A DNA stretch of 64,000 bases from an uncultured bacterium (GTDB lineage: Bacteria; Verrucomicrobiota; Verrucomicrobiia; Limisphaerales; UBA8199), in assembly GCA_963749495.1 (NCBI GenBank), contig CAVVMW010000004.1, forward strand, positions 64,001 to 128,000, in the 5' to 3' direction. A program made the translations under genes and the position numbers. Every line of letters begins with the position of its first letter. Within the stretch, counting starts at the first letter, position 1. The notes under the pieces were generated by a model. That model did not search any database. It was given only the letters and a program-made list of their open reading frames with translations, and was not told where the DNA came from. This document shows positions 19,824 to 30,905 of this stretch, one piece after another.

Positions 19824-20008
19824 TGTCCCGGAGGGACATTTGAGAATAGCCCAAGGTTTCAACCTTGGGTTCCGGGCGAAGATGCGCAAAGTCCCGAAGG
19901 GACGGCCGAACTCCTCCAGCGTTTCAGCCGTCGCTTCGGGACTCGGGGTGCCGGCGCATCCAACCCAACGTTGAAACGTTGGGCTATTGTCGGAAGCCCC
20001 TTCGGGGC
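19824..20008. repeat. Palindromic REP family C
   Basis: GTCCCGGAGGGAC / AATAGCCCAAGGTTTCAACCTTGGG ... CCCAACGTTGAAACGTTGGGCTATT; related copy at 56391-56508. Confidence 0.8.
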
Positions 20009-20059
20009 AAAAAGGCGCCGTGGGATGACCGACAGTTTCAATCCCACTCGTGTGCAAGC

Positions 20060-20392
20060 TTACCCTAGCAACCGGTCGAAGCGGGTCTTGAGGTCTTTTT
20101 TGCTGCGCAGGCCCACGAGTTGTTCGGTGACCTGGCCCTTGTGAAAGAGGAGCAAGGTGGGGATGGATTGGATATTATACTGTGCAGCCAGGGCGGCGTG
20201 TTCGTCGATGTTCACCTTGCCAATGCGGACGCGGCCGTCATATTCGGCGGCCAGTTCATCGAGCAGAGGGGCGAGCATCTTGCAGGGGCCGCACCACTCG
20301 GCCCAGAAGTCCACGAGAATCGGCCCGGCCGGCTCGGTGACTTCCGTTGCGAAATTGGCCGGTGTCAAGGTAACGATATTGGGAGCTGCCAT
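20060..20392 (-). CDS. trxA: Thioredoxin
   Basis: VDFWAEWCGPCKM. Confidence 0.97.
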   Translation of the reverse strand: MAAPNIVTLTPANFATEVTEPAGPILVDFWAEWCGPCKMLAPLLDELAAEYDGRVRIGKVNIDEHAALAAQYNIQSIPTLLLFHKGQVTEQLVGLRSKKDLKTRFDRLLG

Positions 20393-20550
20393 AATCAGTG
20401 AATCCGTTTCCGGAGGCTGTCCATCTTGTCTTTAGACCAAATTGTGTTTTCCGTAAAAGGGGCGCCACGCCCGCCGTCCCAGGGGACGGAACGAATGCCG
20501 CCCTTCGGAGGCGCGGGTGCTGGAGCGGGAAGGAGCCGCGCCTGGGCCCG

Positions 20551-21069
20551 CTACCTGGGGCCTTGGATGGCCCCGAGATAGATGGCGCCAGTCGAGGCCC
20601 GTTCCGCCGCGCCGCCGCTCGGGGCCGAGGATGCGGGCAACTCGAGCTTCCAAATATACCCCATGCTCACGGCGGCCGCCAGGGCCAGAATCGCCGCGAC
20701 GATGGCCAGGACCTTGTCCAGTGTGCTGATCGAGGGCCCGCCGATGGGGGCGGCGACAGCGCGCGGGGCGCCCGCGGGCGGGGCCGGGCGCGAAGCGGTG
20801 GAGAGGGCCGGAGCCGCCACGGCTCGAGGAGCCGAGGGTGCGCCGTGAAGGGCGGGGGCAGCCGCCGGGCCGGCGGCAACCGGCGCCGCGACCCCCGCCG
20901 GCCCGCCCGCCGGCCCGCCCGGCGGCAGGGTCGGCAGTTTAATGGTCGGGGCGGCTGAGGGCTTGGGCGGCAAATTGATCCGGACAGTCTCCTTTTTGGG
21001 TTGGACCTTCCCGGTTTCCTTCTTCGGCGGCAATGCGCCACCCGGAACGTTGGGGATATTCTCAGCCAT
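20551..21069 (-). CDS. Pro/Ala-rich single-TM hypothetical protein
   Basis: KKETVRINLPPKP N-terminus, low-complexity linker, one TM helix. Confidence 0.7.
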   Translation of the reverse strand: MAENIPNVPGGALPPKKETGKVQPKKETVRINLPPKPSAAPTIKLPTLPPGGPAGGPAGVAAPVAAGPAAAPALHGAPSAPRAVAAPALSTASRPAPPAGAPRAVAAPIGGPSISTLDKVLAIVAAILALAAAVSMGYIWKLELPASSAPSGGAAERASTGAIYLGAIQGPR

Positions 21070-21144
21070 AACGTTAATTTTCCTCGATACTACAGTTGTG
21101 CGGGGCGGGTGTCAAACCCATTCCGAGCCTGGTTTGCGCCCAGA

Positions 21145-21316
21145 GCGCATCCCGACACCGCCCGGTAGCGCAGACTTCCAAGTCTGCTGTATCGCGGGTT
21201 TCCAAACCCGCAGGCCGTCCGCAAACCGGGGGCGCTCGATGTGCCGACGCCCTGCCGATTGGAAATCGGCGATACAGCAGGTTTGGAAACCTGCGCTACA
21301 ACTTTGTCAACGGCCC
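21145..21316. mobile_element. MITE/REP family A copy with chimeric ends
   Basis: Left GCGCATCCCGACA (family B-type end), family A core, right ACTTTGTCAACGGCCC. Confidence 0.75.
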
Positions 21317-21447
21317 TCGCGCTCTTGGGCGCAGGACCGATTTCTTCGAGCGCTCATGCTCCTTTCCCGCCGAGGGGGACGGCAGCGAAGGACTCTGTCC
21401 TGCGCCCTTGCGCTCACGGACCCCGCAGAACTCCGCCAACGGGTCAT

Positions 21448-21756
21448 TTAGCGGGTCGCCTGGCCGTCCGCGCGGGCGCCGCCGCCCCAACGGGGGGCTC
21501 GCTCCTCGCGGGGACGCGCCACGTTCACCGTCAGGGTGCGCCCCTGGAATTCCTTGTTATGGAACTGCTCGACGGCCTTGTTGGCCTCCTCGGCCGATCC
21601 AAATTCCACGAAGGCAAACCCCCGTGACCTGCCCGTGACCTTGTCCAGCATGAGATTGACCGAAGTCACCACGCCCGCCTGCGAGAAATAATCCTGCAGA
21701 TCGTTTTCCATCGTCTGGTAGGACAAGTTGCCCACGAAAAGCCTGTTCTGGTTCAT
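21448..21756 (-). CDS. RRM RNA-binding protein
   Basis: RNP2 LFVGNL and RNP1 RGFAFVEF. Confidence 0.95.
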   Translation of the reverse strand: MNQNRLFVGNLSYQTMENDLQDYFSQAGVVTSVNLMLDKVTGRSRGFAFVEFGSAEEANKAVEQFHNKEFQGRTLTVNVARPREERAPRWGGGARADGQATR

Positions 21757-22047
21757 ATACTCACGTCTGCTCAAGGAAACTATGTGCGGAGGACTGCAGC
21801 CCGGCAGGATCACTGAATGTCGTTTCTTCTAGTTTTTAGACTGACAATCTGTCTTCTGACACCGTCACGTTCGCTCTTTGAACGGACGCCCTCGTTTCTA
21901 CCAAACCCCGCCCCGGAGTCAAGCATTGTGTTTTTGATTGTGTTTTTCTTCGTTGACCTGGCGATTTGCGGCACTAAGATTCCCCCCCAAGTCGGTTTGA
22001 TTGCTTAATGAATTGAATCCAGATTGAACTGAGTTGAACTGAGTTGA

Positions 22048-23100
<1,053 letters not shown>

Positions 23101-23106
23101 CGAGTT

Positions 23107-23724
23107 TCAGTGCCCCTGGCCCTGGAGTTTCTTCTCCATCTTGTTGACCTTGGGCTGGATGATTGCGCGGCAATAGGGGTATTCGCGATTGTTGCGGTAA
23201 AAGTCCTGGTGGTAGCCCTCGGCCTTGTAGAAATGGGTCAGGGGCACGATCTGCGTCACAATCCGGCTGTGGAACTGGTGTTGGGCCTGGGCCTTGGATT
23301 TCTCCGCCGCCGCCTTCTGGGCCGCGTCGCGGTAGAGGATGATCGAGCGGTATTGCGTGCCAACGTCAGGACCCTGCTGGTCCAACGTGGTCGGGTCGTG
23401 CGCCTGCCAGAACGTCTCCAGGAGCTTCTCATACGTGACCACGTTCGGATCGAACTCGATCTGGATGACCTCCGCGTGGCCCGTCAGGCCCGTGCACACC
23501 TCTTTGTAAGTCGGGTTTGCCTTGGTTCCCCCGGCATACCCGGCGGTGACCGACTTGACCCCGGGCAGCATTCGAAACACCGCATCGGTGCACCAGAAAC
23601 ATCCGCCGCCCAGGACGGCCGTGTCCGCAGTCTTGGTTGAGTTGTCCATAGTTCCGCCTTGGCCGAGCGCCCCGGCGGTGCCGCCGAGCGCCAGCCCCAG
23701 GCACATTGCCATAATTGAGTTCAT
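23107..23724 (-). CDS. msrA: Peptide-methionine (S)-S-oxide reductase with signal peptide
   Basis: GGGCFWC, TGHAEVIQI, GTQYRS, AEGYHQDFY. Confidence 0.96.
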   Translation of the reverse strand: MNSIMAMCLGLALGGTAGALGQGGTMDNSTKTADTAVLGGGCFWCTDAVFRMLPGVKSVTAGYAGGTKANPTYKEVCTGLTGHAEVIQIEFDPNVVTYEKLLETFWQAHDPTTLDQQGPDVGTQYRSIILYRDAAQKAAAEKSKAQAQHQFHSRIVTQIVPLTHFYKAEGYHQDFYRNNREYPYCRAIIQPKVNKMEKKLQGQGH

Positions 23725-23815
23725 TTGTGCGACTAATGTCGCCCAAAGCCGCCCAAGCGCAACTCGATTTATGGTGAGGGGCAGCGCCGGCCGCGAAGCG
23801 GGCTCGGCCAGCCCC

Positions 23816-24268
23816 TCACGCCTTCCCGCCGAAGGTCACGTAATCGTCCAGGTCCAGCAGGTCGAACCAGGTGACGATGTCGTCGCGTTTGGGCGCGAGC
23901 TTGGCGTGGGTGCCCTGGAAAAACTCCCGCGATTCGGTGTCGGCCGGGGCGCGCTGGTCCTGGTAGGCGGACCAGGCCTGGATTTCCGGGTCGGTGTGTT
24001 TGTGTGCGGCCTTCTGGCGTATCCAGGCGAGGATTTCGGTGTCGGTCTTCCCTGCGGCCAGTTGCTTCTTGAGCGCGTCGGCGTCCAGGCCGGCGAATTG
24101 CAGGAGGCGCTGGTCCAGCGGGCAGGCGAAGTGGTATTCGCCGTTCTTGCCGGCGATGGAGGCGCGCCCTTTGTCGAGCATGCGCGGCAGAATCGCGTAA
24201 CCGCCGAGCCGCACGCGCGGGCTGCGCGGGGGACGTTGAGTCAGATCCGGGGCATTGTTCAGAGCCAT
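23816..24268 (-). CDS. DUF5069-like protein
   Basis: PRSPRVRLGGYAILPRMLDKGRA...GEYHFACPLD...TWFDLLDLDD. Confidence 0.8.
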   Translation of the reverse strand: MALNNAPDLTQRPPRSPRVRLGGYAILPRMLDKGRASIAGKNGEYHFACPLDQRLLQFAGLDADALKKQLAAGKTDTEILAWIRQKAAHKHTDPEIQAWSAYQDQRAPADTESREFFQGTHAKLAPKRDDIVTWFDLLDLDDYVTFGGKA

Positions 24269-24385
24269 AAACTGCCTTTGATGTCGGTTCTTGGTCATTC
24301 CGGCGACTCCGGCCCTTAGCCGGATTCGCCTGGATTCCAATAAGTCGCACTCAAGCGCCGGGAATGCAACCGCTTGTTGGCCCGC

Positions 24386-25783
24386 CTACGTCCCGGCGGG
24401 GGCCGGAGCGCGTTCCGGGGCCTTGGCCGGGAGGGGAACCACTTGCGAGAGCACACCCATCTTGGCGCACACGAAATAAACCACAGCCCCGACAATAAAG
24501 GCAGCCACAGGAGGGCACGGGACGTTCACCTTGACCGAGTCCGGGAGCATGTCGTTCGGGAGGATGCCCACGATAAAGCCGAGCAACCAGGCGATCCACC
24601 CCGCCGGATTGAAACCGGCGCGCGGGCCGGACCATTTGCCGCCGGACAGCAGGTAATCCACAGCCATCGCCCCGCAGATCGGGCCGAAGGACGCCCCGAT
24701 CAAACCGAAGACGCTCACGAGGTTGCCGGCCGCCCCGGTCACGGCCAGAATGATGCTCACCACGGCGCCAATGCCCACGGAAATGAAGGGATTGACCTTC
24801 GGCATAGTCGTCCTGAAACTGTTGGCCGCGATAAACGATGAGAAACACGCGCCAGGGAAGGCGGCCAGGGGCAGGCCAATCATAATGGCCGCAAACAGGC
24901 CCTTGGGGAGCTTCTGTTGCAGAGCGAACGTCATTCTCACGGCCTCCTTGTTCGCCGGGTCCACCACATGGCCCGCCTGGGCGCCTGCGACGGCAATGAC
25001 CGAAATGCCGGCGGTGAGGATAATCGCGATGATGATGCCGAAGATGCCGCCCAGGCTCACGTCCCGCTTGTCGCGATTGCTCATGCAGATATCCACGCCC
25101 GCGGCCCCCGCCGTGGCGAAGAAACCGACAATCGCGGCGACCATCGCCAGGATGGCCTTGGTCGCGCCGCCGGAGCCGGCGGCTGTCGCGACCGGCGTAT
25201 AGTCGCCCGCCGAGCCGACAAACAACACCAGCCCGATGATCAGCACGACCAGCGGAATGAGCGGGAGGTAGGTGGCAACCCGCGCCACGTACTGGATGCC
25301 TTTGAGGCCCACGAAGGCGGCTGCCAGAGTAAACACGATGCAGATGGGCACCTGCAATGCCGGCGCGCCGAAACCGGCCACCAGGGCATCCGTCGAGAAA
25401 TACGCGTTGACACCCAACCAGCCGAACTGAAGCACGCCCATCAGAAAACCCGGCATGATCAGCCCGCCCATGGCGCCGAAGGTGGAGGTCCCCACGATGT
25501 AAAGCGGCAGGCCCGTCTCCACGCCGAGGTAGCCTGGAACCAGGTAGAAGAGGAAATGGCAGATAATCGCCCCCAGCAACACCCCGATCAACACTGGGGC
25601 CAGGCCGCCGACGGAGAGCCCGTTGCTCGACATCGTATCCCAGAAGGCGAACCACAGGAAAATGCCCGCGTAGGTTTGCGCGGTCGTCTTGTACCACGGC
25701 GCGCGGTTGCCCTGGGGATTGGGCGACGCGCTCGTGATGTACGAGGGGAGGGAGCTGACTGACTGCTTCTCTTGGTTATTCAT
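24386..25783 (-). CDS. Cytosine/purine permease (NCS1-like)
   Basis: About 12 TM segments; LYIVGTSTFG, QFGWLGVN, GPICGAMAVDY. Confidence 0.8.
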   Translation of the reverse strand: MNNQEKQSVSSLPSYITSASPNPQGNRAPWYKTTAQTYAGIFLWFAFWDTMSSNGLSVGGLAPVLIGVLLGAIICHFLFYLVPGYLGVETGLPLYIVGTSTFGAMGGLIMPGFLMGVLQFGWLGVNAYFSTDALVAGFGAPALQVPICIVFTLAAAFVGLKGIQYVARVATYLPLIPLVVLIIGLVLFVGSAGDYTPVATAAGSGGATKAILAMVAAIVGFFATAGAAGVDICMSNRDKRDVSLGGIFGIIIAIILTAGISVIAVAGAQAGHVVDPANKEAVRMTFALQQKLPKGLFAAIMIGLPLAAFPGACFSSFIAANSFRTTMPKVNPFISVGIGAVVSIILAVTGAAGNLVSVFGLIGASFGPICGAMAVDYLLSGGKWSGPRAGFNPAGWIAWLLGFIVGILPNDMLPDSVKVNVPCPPVAAFIVGAVVYFVCAKMGVLSQVVPLPAKAPERAPAPAGT

Positions 25784-26169
25784 AAGGGGTGGTTTATCGG
25801 TTATTTCGGCCAACGCACAGCGCACCGGCACAGGCCACGCCCGCGCCGCGCCCTCAACACTGCCGGTCCATGGGACGGACCATCATTTAAGCGGCTTGAT
25901 TGCAAGCAACGGCCTGGCATTAGCGGAGCATTCTCCCCGTCGCCGCCCTGCTGTCAATCGGAAAGTGGGGAAGCCCAAGGCCGGTGGGTGCAGGACAGAT
26001 TTCTTCGGGCGCACGATGGAACCGGCGGTGCGCGCTTTGGACGCTAAAGGCGTCGTTCATACCAGCCCAGGGCAAGGCCCTGGGAACAGCCGCCAATAGA
26101 TCATCTGGAGCGCTCAAAGCGCGATTCATCCTGGGGGAACTTTGGGCAGCAGGCCGTGCGGATTCGAGG

Positions 26170-26254
26170 TGGTGCCCGCGACAGGACTTGAACCTGTATC
26201 CGGTTAAGGACTAGAACCTGAATCTAGCGCGTCTGCCAATTCCGCCACGCGGGC
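26170..26254 (-). tRNA. tRNA-Leu(CAG), copy 1
   Basis: GCCCGCGTGGCGGAATTGGCAGACGCGCTAGATTCAGGTTCTAGTCCTTAACCGGATACAGGTTCAAGTCCTGTCGCGGGCACCA; CAG anticodon, long variable arm, encoded CCA. Confidence 0.97.
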
Positions 26255-26328
26255 ATCGTTGTCAATCAAGCACTTACAGCGGCACATCGCAACCCGGCTC
26301 TTTCTTCGCACCCCGTGGATTTCGGCTT

Positions 26329-26520
26329 GTGAACGAAACCACCGACGCTCAAGCCCAGACTCCCAGGAAACGAGAGGAACACCTGCGATCTGACGGTCAG
26401 TGGCGCTCGTTTCCAAAGGTGGCACACCTGCCGCAGTGCGTCAGCAACGGCAATTACTATGGCAGAATCAAAGTCAATCGCAAGGTGATTCGTGGGAGTG
26501 CTGAATTGCCGGGCATTTGA
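26329..26520 (+). pseudogene. N-terminal remnant of a tyrosine integrase
   Basis: DGQWRSFPKVAHLPQCVSNGNYYGRIKVNRKVIR resembles the arm-binding N-terminus of phage-type integrases; directly next to the tRNA; no catalytic domain. Confidence 0.65.
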
Positions 26521-26577
26521 GTCGCGATTGAGCGCAATCCGTTGCAACGTGCGGGATGGAGTGTAGTCTGGAAGGAA

Positions 26578-27122
26578 ATGAACTTGCGCGTGAATTGGGC
26601 CATCGCCCTGATTATTGTCGGCAGCACAGCAATCCTTCCGGCGCAGGATCAGGCGCCGTCGCAAAAGCCGGAGGTTCGCTATGGCCAGAACACGGCTGCG
26701 GGAGCTTTTGTGCAGGTCAACGGGATCAAACTGTACTATGAGATCTATGGAAGCGGCCGGGCCATGCTCCAGATTCATGGCAATGGCGGCAGCATCGCCG
26801 GAATGCGAAACCAGATCGAATTCTTCGCCGCCCATTACAAAGTCATCGCTGCCGATAGTCGTGGGCACGGCAAGAGCCAGATGGGCGAGGGGCGGTTGAC
26901 TTACGAGAACATGGCCGATGACTTGGACGGCTTGCTAAAGATGTGATCCGCACGCAGCACACCGTGGCGATGTTCGAAAACCTCCCTAACGCGCATCTCT
27001 GCATCTTCCCGGGGGCGACCCATCTGATCCCGCAGCAAGACCCCGTGTTGTTCAACCAGACCGTGGAACGCTTTTTCAGCAGGCCTTTTGCGCGGCCTGA
27101 CACCAAGCAGATGTTTAATTAG
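26578..27122 (+). pseudogene. Alpha/beta hydrolase with internal deletion
   Basis: N-part LYYEIYGSG...IHGNGG...DSRGHGKS...MADDL joined out of frame (~26938) to C-part LPNAHLCIFPGATHLIPQQDP; the GxSxG nucleophile region is missing. Confidence 0.8.
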
Positions 27123-27263
27123 AGCCTGTCCCAAGAGCTCTGATTCCGTGCCTTTGCCGCAGCCCTTGTCGGCACCTTTGTCGAGAAACGGCCAATCCGA
27201 CAAAGGTTTCGACAAAGGCCGCGACAAAGGTCCCCCGGTCGCGGGCTTTTTGGGACAGGCTCT
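27121..27263. mobile_element. MITE with AGAGCCTGTCCCAA TIRs and family D core
   Basis: AGAGCCTGTCCCAA...TTGGGACAGGCTCT enclosing CTTTGTCG/CGACAAAG repeats. Confidence 0.8.
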
Positions 27264-27268
27264 GAGCC

Positions 27269-27901
27269 TCAGCGCGCAGAAACGGTGTGCCAGGCCTGGA
27301 CAAGGATGGCTGGAACCGTCCTGAGCATGATGGCGAGGTCAAGCGCCGGGGACTTCGTCTCGACGTACTGGATATCCCAGTTGATCATCTCCTCGAACGT
27401 GGTCCGGTTCTTCCCATTGACTTGCCATAGCCCGGTCAAGCCCGGCAACGTGTCGAACCGCCGCCGATGCCCGGGCTTGTATTGTTCACACTCGTAAGGC
27501 AGGCACGGTCGAGGGCCCACCAGGCTCATCTCCCCATAGAGCACATTGATGAGCTGGGGAAGCTCGTCCAGGCCCAGACAGCGCAGAAAGTGGCCGCCGG
27601 GGATCAGACGCCTGTCGGCGGTATCGAGCTTGGTCATGGGACGGTCAGAGGCCATCAAGTGTTGCAAATACCCTTGGTGCAACGCGGTGTCCGCGTTGAC
27701 GGCCATCGTGCGGAATTTCAGGCAGCGGAATAGCTCACCACGGAACCCAACCCGCTCCTGCACGAACAGGACCGGGCCCGGGGAAACCAGCTTGATCGCA
27801 ACGGCGATCAAAAAGCCCAATGGGAGCAACAACGGCGCAGCCAGAAAAATGCAGGCCGTGTCCAGCACCCGCTTCCAGGAGGGCACTGAATCCGCAACCA
27901 A
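27269..27901 (-). CDS. Bacterial sugar transferase (initiating phosphoglycosyl transferase)
   Basis: KRVLD, KFRTM, LDELPQLINVLYGEMSLVGPRP, PGLTGLWQV. Confidence 0.93.
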   Translation of the reverse strand: MVADSVPSWKRVLDTACIFLAAPLLLPLGFLIAVAIKLVSPGPVLFVQERVGFRGELFRCLKFRTMAVNADTALHQGYLQHLMASDRPMTKLDTADRRLIPGGHFLRCLGLDELPQLINVLYGEMSLVGPRPCLPYECEQYKPGHRRRFDTLPGLTGLWQVNGKNRTTFEEMINWDIQYVETKSPALDLAIMLRTVPAILVQAWHTVSAR

Positions 27902-28061
27902 CTGTGCGCCTGCCCACGATCAATTGTAGCTGTTCATTAGCCGAACTTTATCACCCCGAGCGGGTTCACTTCAATCCGGCCAACGCTGGAGATCGCACCG
28001 GGGATTCACCGGGAAAGAGGATGACCTGGACCCTTGCCCCTGGTTCAGATGAACCGAGAGG

Positions 28062-28146
28062 TGGTGCCCGCGACAGGACTTGAACCTGTATCCGGTTAAG
28101 GACTAGAACCTGAATCTAGCGCGTCTGCCAATTCCGCCACGCGGGC
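28062..28146 (-). tRNA. tRNA-Leu(CAG), copy 2 (identical to copy 1)
   Basis: Same 85-nt sequence as 26170-26254. Confidence 0.97.
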
Positions 28147-28169
28147 ATCGTTGTCAATCAAGCACTTAC

Positions 28170-28250
28170 GGCGCACCTGCCGCAGTGCCTCAGCAACGGC
28201 AATTACTATGGCAGAATTGAGGTCAATCGCAAGGTGATTCGTGAGAGCCC
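28170..28250 (+). pseudogene. Shorter second integrase N-terminal remnant
   Basis: cacctgccgcagtgcctcagcaacggcaattactatggcagaatt...aatcgcaaggtgattcgtg, homologous to about 26425-26497. Confidence 0.65.
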
Positions 28251-28309
28251 CCTCGTGATTTTGGATTGCGGGCGCCCGGAACGGTCGTGCAATCTGGCAG
28301 TGTTCGGGC

Positions 28310-28505
28310 GACCGCACGTGGCTCATCCAGACGACCCTGCACACGGTGTTCAAGAACCTGGCGGAAGGGGCGATGCTGGTGATGCTGGTGCTGTTGCTCT
28401 TCCTGGGCAGCTTGCGCGCGGCGGCGAGGGTGGCGGACATGCGGCGGCGGCTGGACAAGATCGCCCTGCCCCAAGGCTGGTTCGTCACCTGGGGCGGCGA
28501 GGCCA
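28310..28505 (+). pseudogene. Internally deleted CzcA/CusA RND efflux remnant
   Basis: LIQTTLHTVFKNLAEGAMLVMLVLLLFLGSLRAA fused to VADMRRRLDKIALPQGWFVTWGGE, two segments that lie far apart in HME-RND proteins. Confidence 0.65.
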
Positions 28506-28720
28506 GCGCGAGGAGCCTCCGGCCCGGGGTTTGGCCCTGGCACCGTAGGACGGAAGCCTGGAGCGCAGCCCCCTGTCTCTGGCTTAATAGCCGATGTTCT
28601 TCGCCCGCTGATTGAAACTGGCCGCCCCCCCACTGTCTGAGTCGCAGTCCTGCTTGGAAATCGCTTCAAGAAACCCTCTTGACAACTTCAGTGTCTCGAT
28701 GCAGATTCGGTCCATCATCT

Positions 28721-30556
28721 ATGAATGCAAAGGCCCTTCGACTGCCGTGCGTGGCTCTTGGTGTAGCCATCGCGTTCACTGTCTCCGTCACCGCCCAACC
28801 GGTTCGGGTCTTTCCTCGCCCCGACCGGGGCCAAGCGAACCCGCCGCTCTGGATCAATTTCGGGGTGAATATCAGGCCGGACAGCACCACCGGCACCGCG
28901 CCGCCCTACACGCCGGCCCAGGTCCGGAACGCTTATGGGTTTGCCCCGTTGAGTGCGGACGGCACCGGCCAAACCATCGCGATCGTCGATGCCTACGACG
29001 ACAGCCAGTACATCCAGAATGACTTGGCCGCGTTCGACGCGGAGTTTAACCTCCCCGCGCCGCCCAAGTTCCAGATCATCTATGCGCAAGGCTCGAAACC
29101 GGCTCAAAATACCGGCTGGCAGGAGGAGATGTCGCTTGACGTCGAATGGGCCCATGCGATTGCCACGAATGCAAACATTCTGTTGGTGGAGGCCGCCGAT
29201 AGCAGCTTCGGCAACTTGCTCCAAGCGGTCCAGGTCGCGGTAAGTCCTCCTTATAACGCCACCGTCGTCTCGATGAGCTGGGGTGGCGGGGAATTCTCCG
29301 GAGAGACCGGCTACGATTCCTATTTTACCGCGCCGGGCGTGACGTACGTGGCCTCCGCAGGCGACAGTGCCGAAGGCGTGATCTGGCCGGCCGCTTCGCC
29401 CAATGTCGTGGCGGTCGGAGGAACAACCCTCACCCTGAACTCCTCTGGGGGCTACGGGTCGGAAACGGCGTGGGCCGACAGCGGGGGTGGCATCAGCGCA
29501 TACGAGGCCCTCCCAGCCTGGCAGATGGGCTGGAGCAGCTACCTGACCCGCCTGCGCGGGCTGCCCGATGTGAGTTACCTTGCGGACCCGAACTCCGGGG
29601 TCTATGTGGTCTATCGAGGCCAGTGGTACGAGTTTGGAGGCACCAGCGTCGGCGCCCCCCAATGGGCCGCCTTGTTTGCGCTCGCAAACCAAGGGCGAGG
29701 CTCTGCCCTGTCTGGCGCCAATGCGGCCATTTACAGCGTCGCCAACAATATCACGGGCAGCGGCAACCTTTACACCATCAATCCGAGCGACTTCCACGAC
29801 ATCGCCTCGGGCAACAACGGCAGCGATGCGGATGACCGGGCGGTCACGGGCTACGACCTGGTGACGGGCGTCGGTTCACCACTGGCCGGCGGCGTCGTGC
29901 CGGCGCTCAGCGCGTGGCAGGCGAAGCCCGACTTCGCGCTTTCGCTGAGTCCCTCCTCGGACACGGTTCCTCCTTCCGGCGGGACTGCCACCTACACGGT
30001 CACCATGGCGCCGCTCAACGGATTTAGCGACTTCCCCGTGGCTCTTTCGCTCGGCGGGTCACCGCCATCCGGCGCCACCACGACCTGGAGCTCCTCGACG
30101 CTGAGCAGTACCAGTCCGTCGGCGACCTTGACCGTTCAAGTGCCCTCCGGCACGACTGCTGGCTCCTATCCCGTTTCGGTCACCGGGACCGCAGCCTCCG
30201 GCGCGCCCTCGCACACGGCATCGGCGACTCTCGTGGTTGCCGTCGCGCGGACGACCATGACCGTGAGCCAGATTGCCTATTCCACCTCGGGTCGTCAGAA
30301 CGCCAACCTGAACGTCACGCTGACAGTCGTTGATAATCTCGGCAACCCGGTGGCCAATGCATCGGTATCGATCACGCTTCGTTTGCAGAATACCAATCGG
30401 TCCTGGACCGGCTCCGGCACCACCGGCTCGAACGGCCAGGTCGGCTTTACGCAGAGCAACGCCCCGTCGGGGACTTACACCACCGTCGTCACTTCCGTCA
30501 CGGCCACCGGCTTGACTTGGGATGGCAAGTACCCGGCGAACAGCTTTAGGAAGTAA
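28721..30556 (+). CDS. S53 (sedolisin-like) peptidase with C-terminal Ser/Thr-rich Ig-like domains
   Basis: EMSLDVEW, ASAGDS, GGTSVGAP, YDLVTGVGSP; signal peptide. Confidence 0.92.
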   Translation: MNAKALRLPCVALGVAIAFTVSVTAQPVRVFPRPDRGQANPPLWINFGVNIRPDSTTGTAPPYTPAQVRNAYGFAPLSADGTGQTIAIVDAYDDSQYIQNDLAAFDAEFNLPAPPKFQIIYAQGSKPAQNTGWQEEMSLDVEWAHAIATNANILLVEAADSSFGNLLQAVQVAVSPPYNATVVSMSWGGGEFSGETGYDSYFTAPGVTYVASAGDSAEGVIWPAASPNVVAVGGTTLTLNSSGGYGSETAWADSGGGISAYEALPAWQMGWSSYLTRLRGLPDVSYLADPNSGVYVVYRGQWYEFGGTSVGAPQWAALFALANQGRGSALSGANAAIYSVANNITGSGNLYTINPSDFHDIASGNNGSDADDRAVTGYDLVTGVGSPLAGGVVPALSAWQAKPDFALSLSPSSDTVPPSGGTATYTVTMAPLNGFSDFPVALSLGGSPPSGATTTWSSSTLSSTSPSATLTVQVPSGTTAGSYPVSVTGTAASGAPSHTASATLVVAVARTTMTVSQIAYSTSGRQNANLNVTLTVVDNLGNPVANASVSITLRLQNTNRSWTGSGTTGSNGQVGFTQSNAPSGTYTTVVTSVTATGLTWDGKYPANSFRK

Positions 30557-30691
30557 GCGCGTCTTTGAGTGACTTTCGCAACCTTTGTCGAAACCGGCCA
30601 AATTCGACAAGGGTTGCGACAAAGGCACTAAAGCCATCCAAAGTCCGGTGCAATGAGGGTTGCACCCGCGGTGCCGCTCCCGCCTTCACTG

Positions 30692-30810
30692 AGAAGGTGT
30701 GAAAAAAACGATTCGTGGCGCCAGGCAGCAAAGAAATCTTCAAAATCCCCAGGAAAACAGAGGGGTGCTTTCATGGATGATGCCCGTTTGGGCATTTTTT
30801 CACACCTTCT
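30692..30810. mobile_element. MITE-like element (family E)
   Basis: AGAAGGTGTGAAAAAA...TTTTTTCACACCTTCT terminal inverted repeats. Confidence 0.75.
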
Positions 30811-30905
30811 GAGGCCTTGCCCCGCAGAATACGCAGAAACCCGGATTGGTCCTCTGATTCGGCGTGGCCGGCGTGGTTTGTGGGCACTTCCGGCTCTGCT
30901 GACCC

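Noticed and set aside
25784..26030. Riboswitch upstream of the nucleobase permease
   Set aside because: No recognisable aptamer consensus or terminator by eye; an Rfam scan is needed to exclude it.
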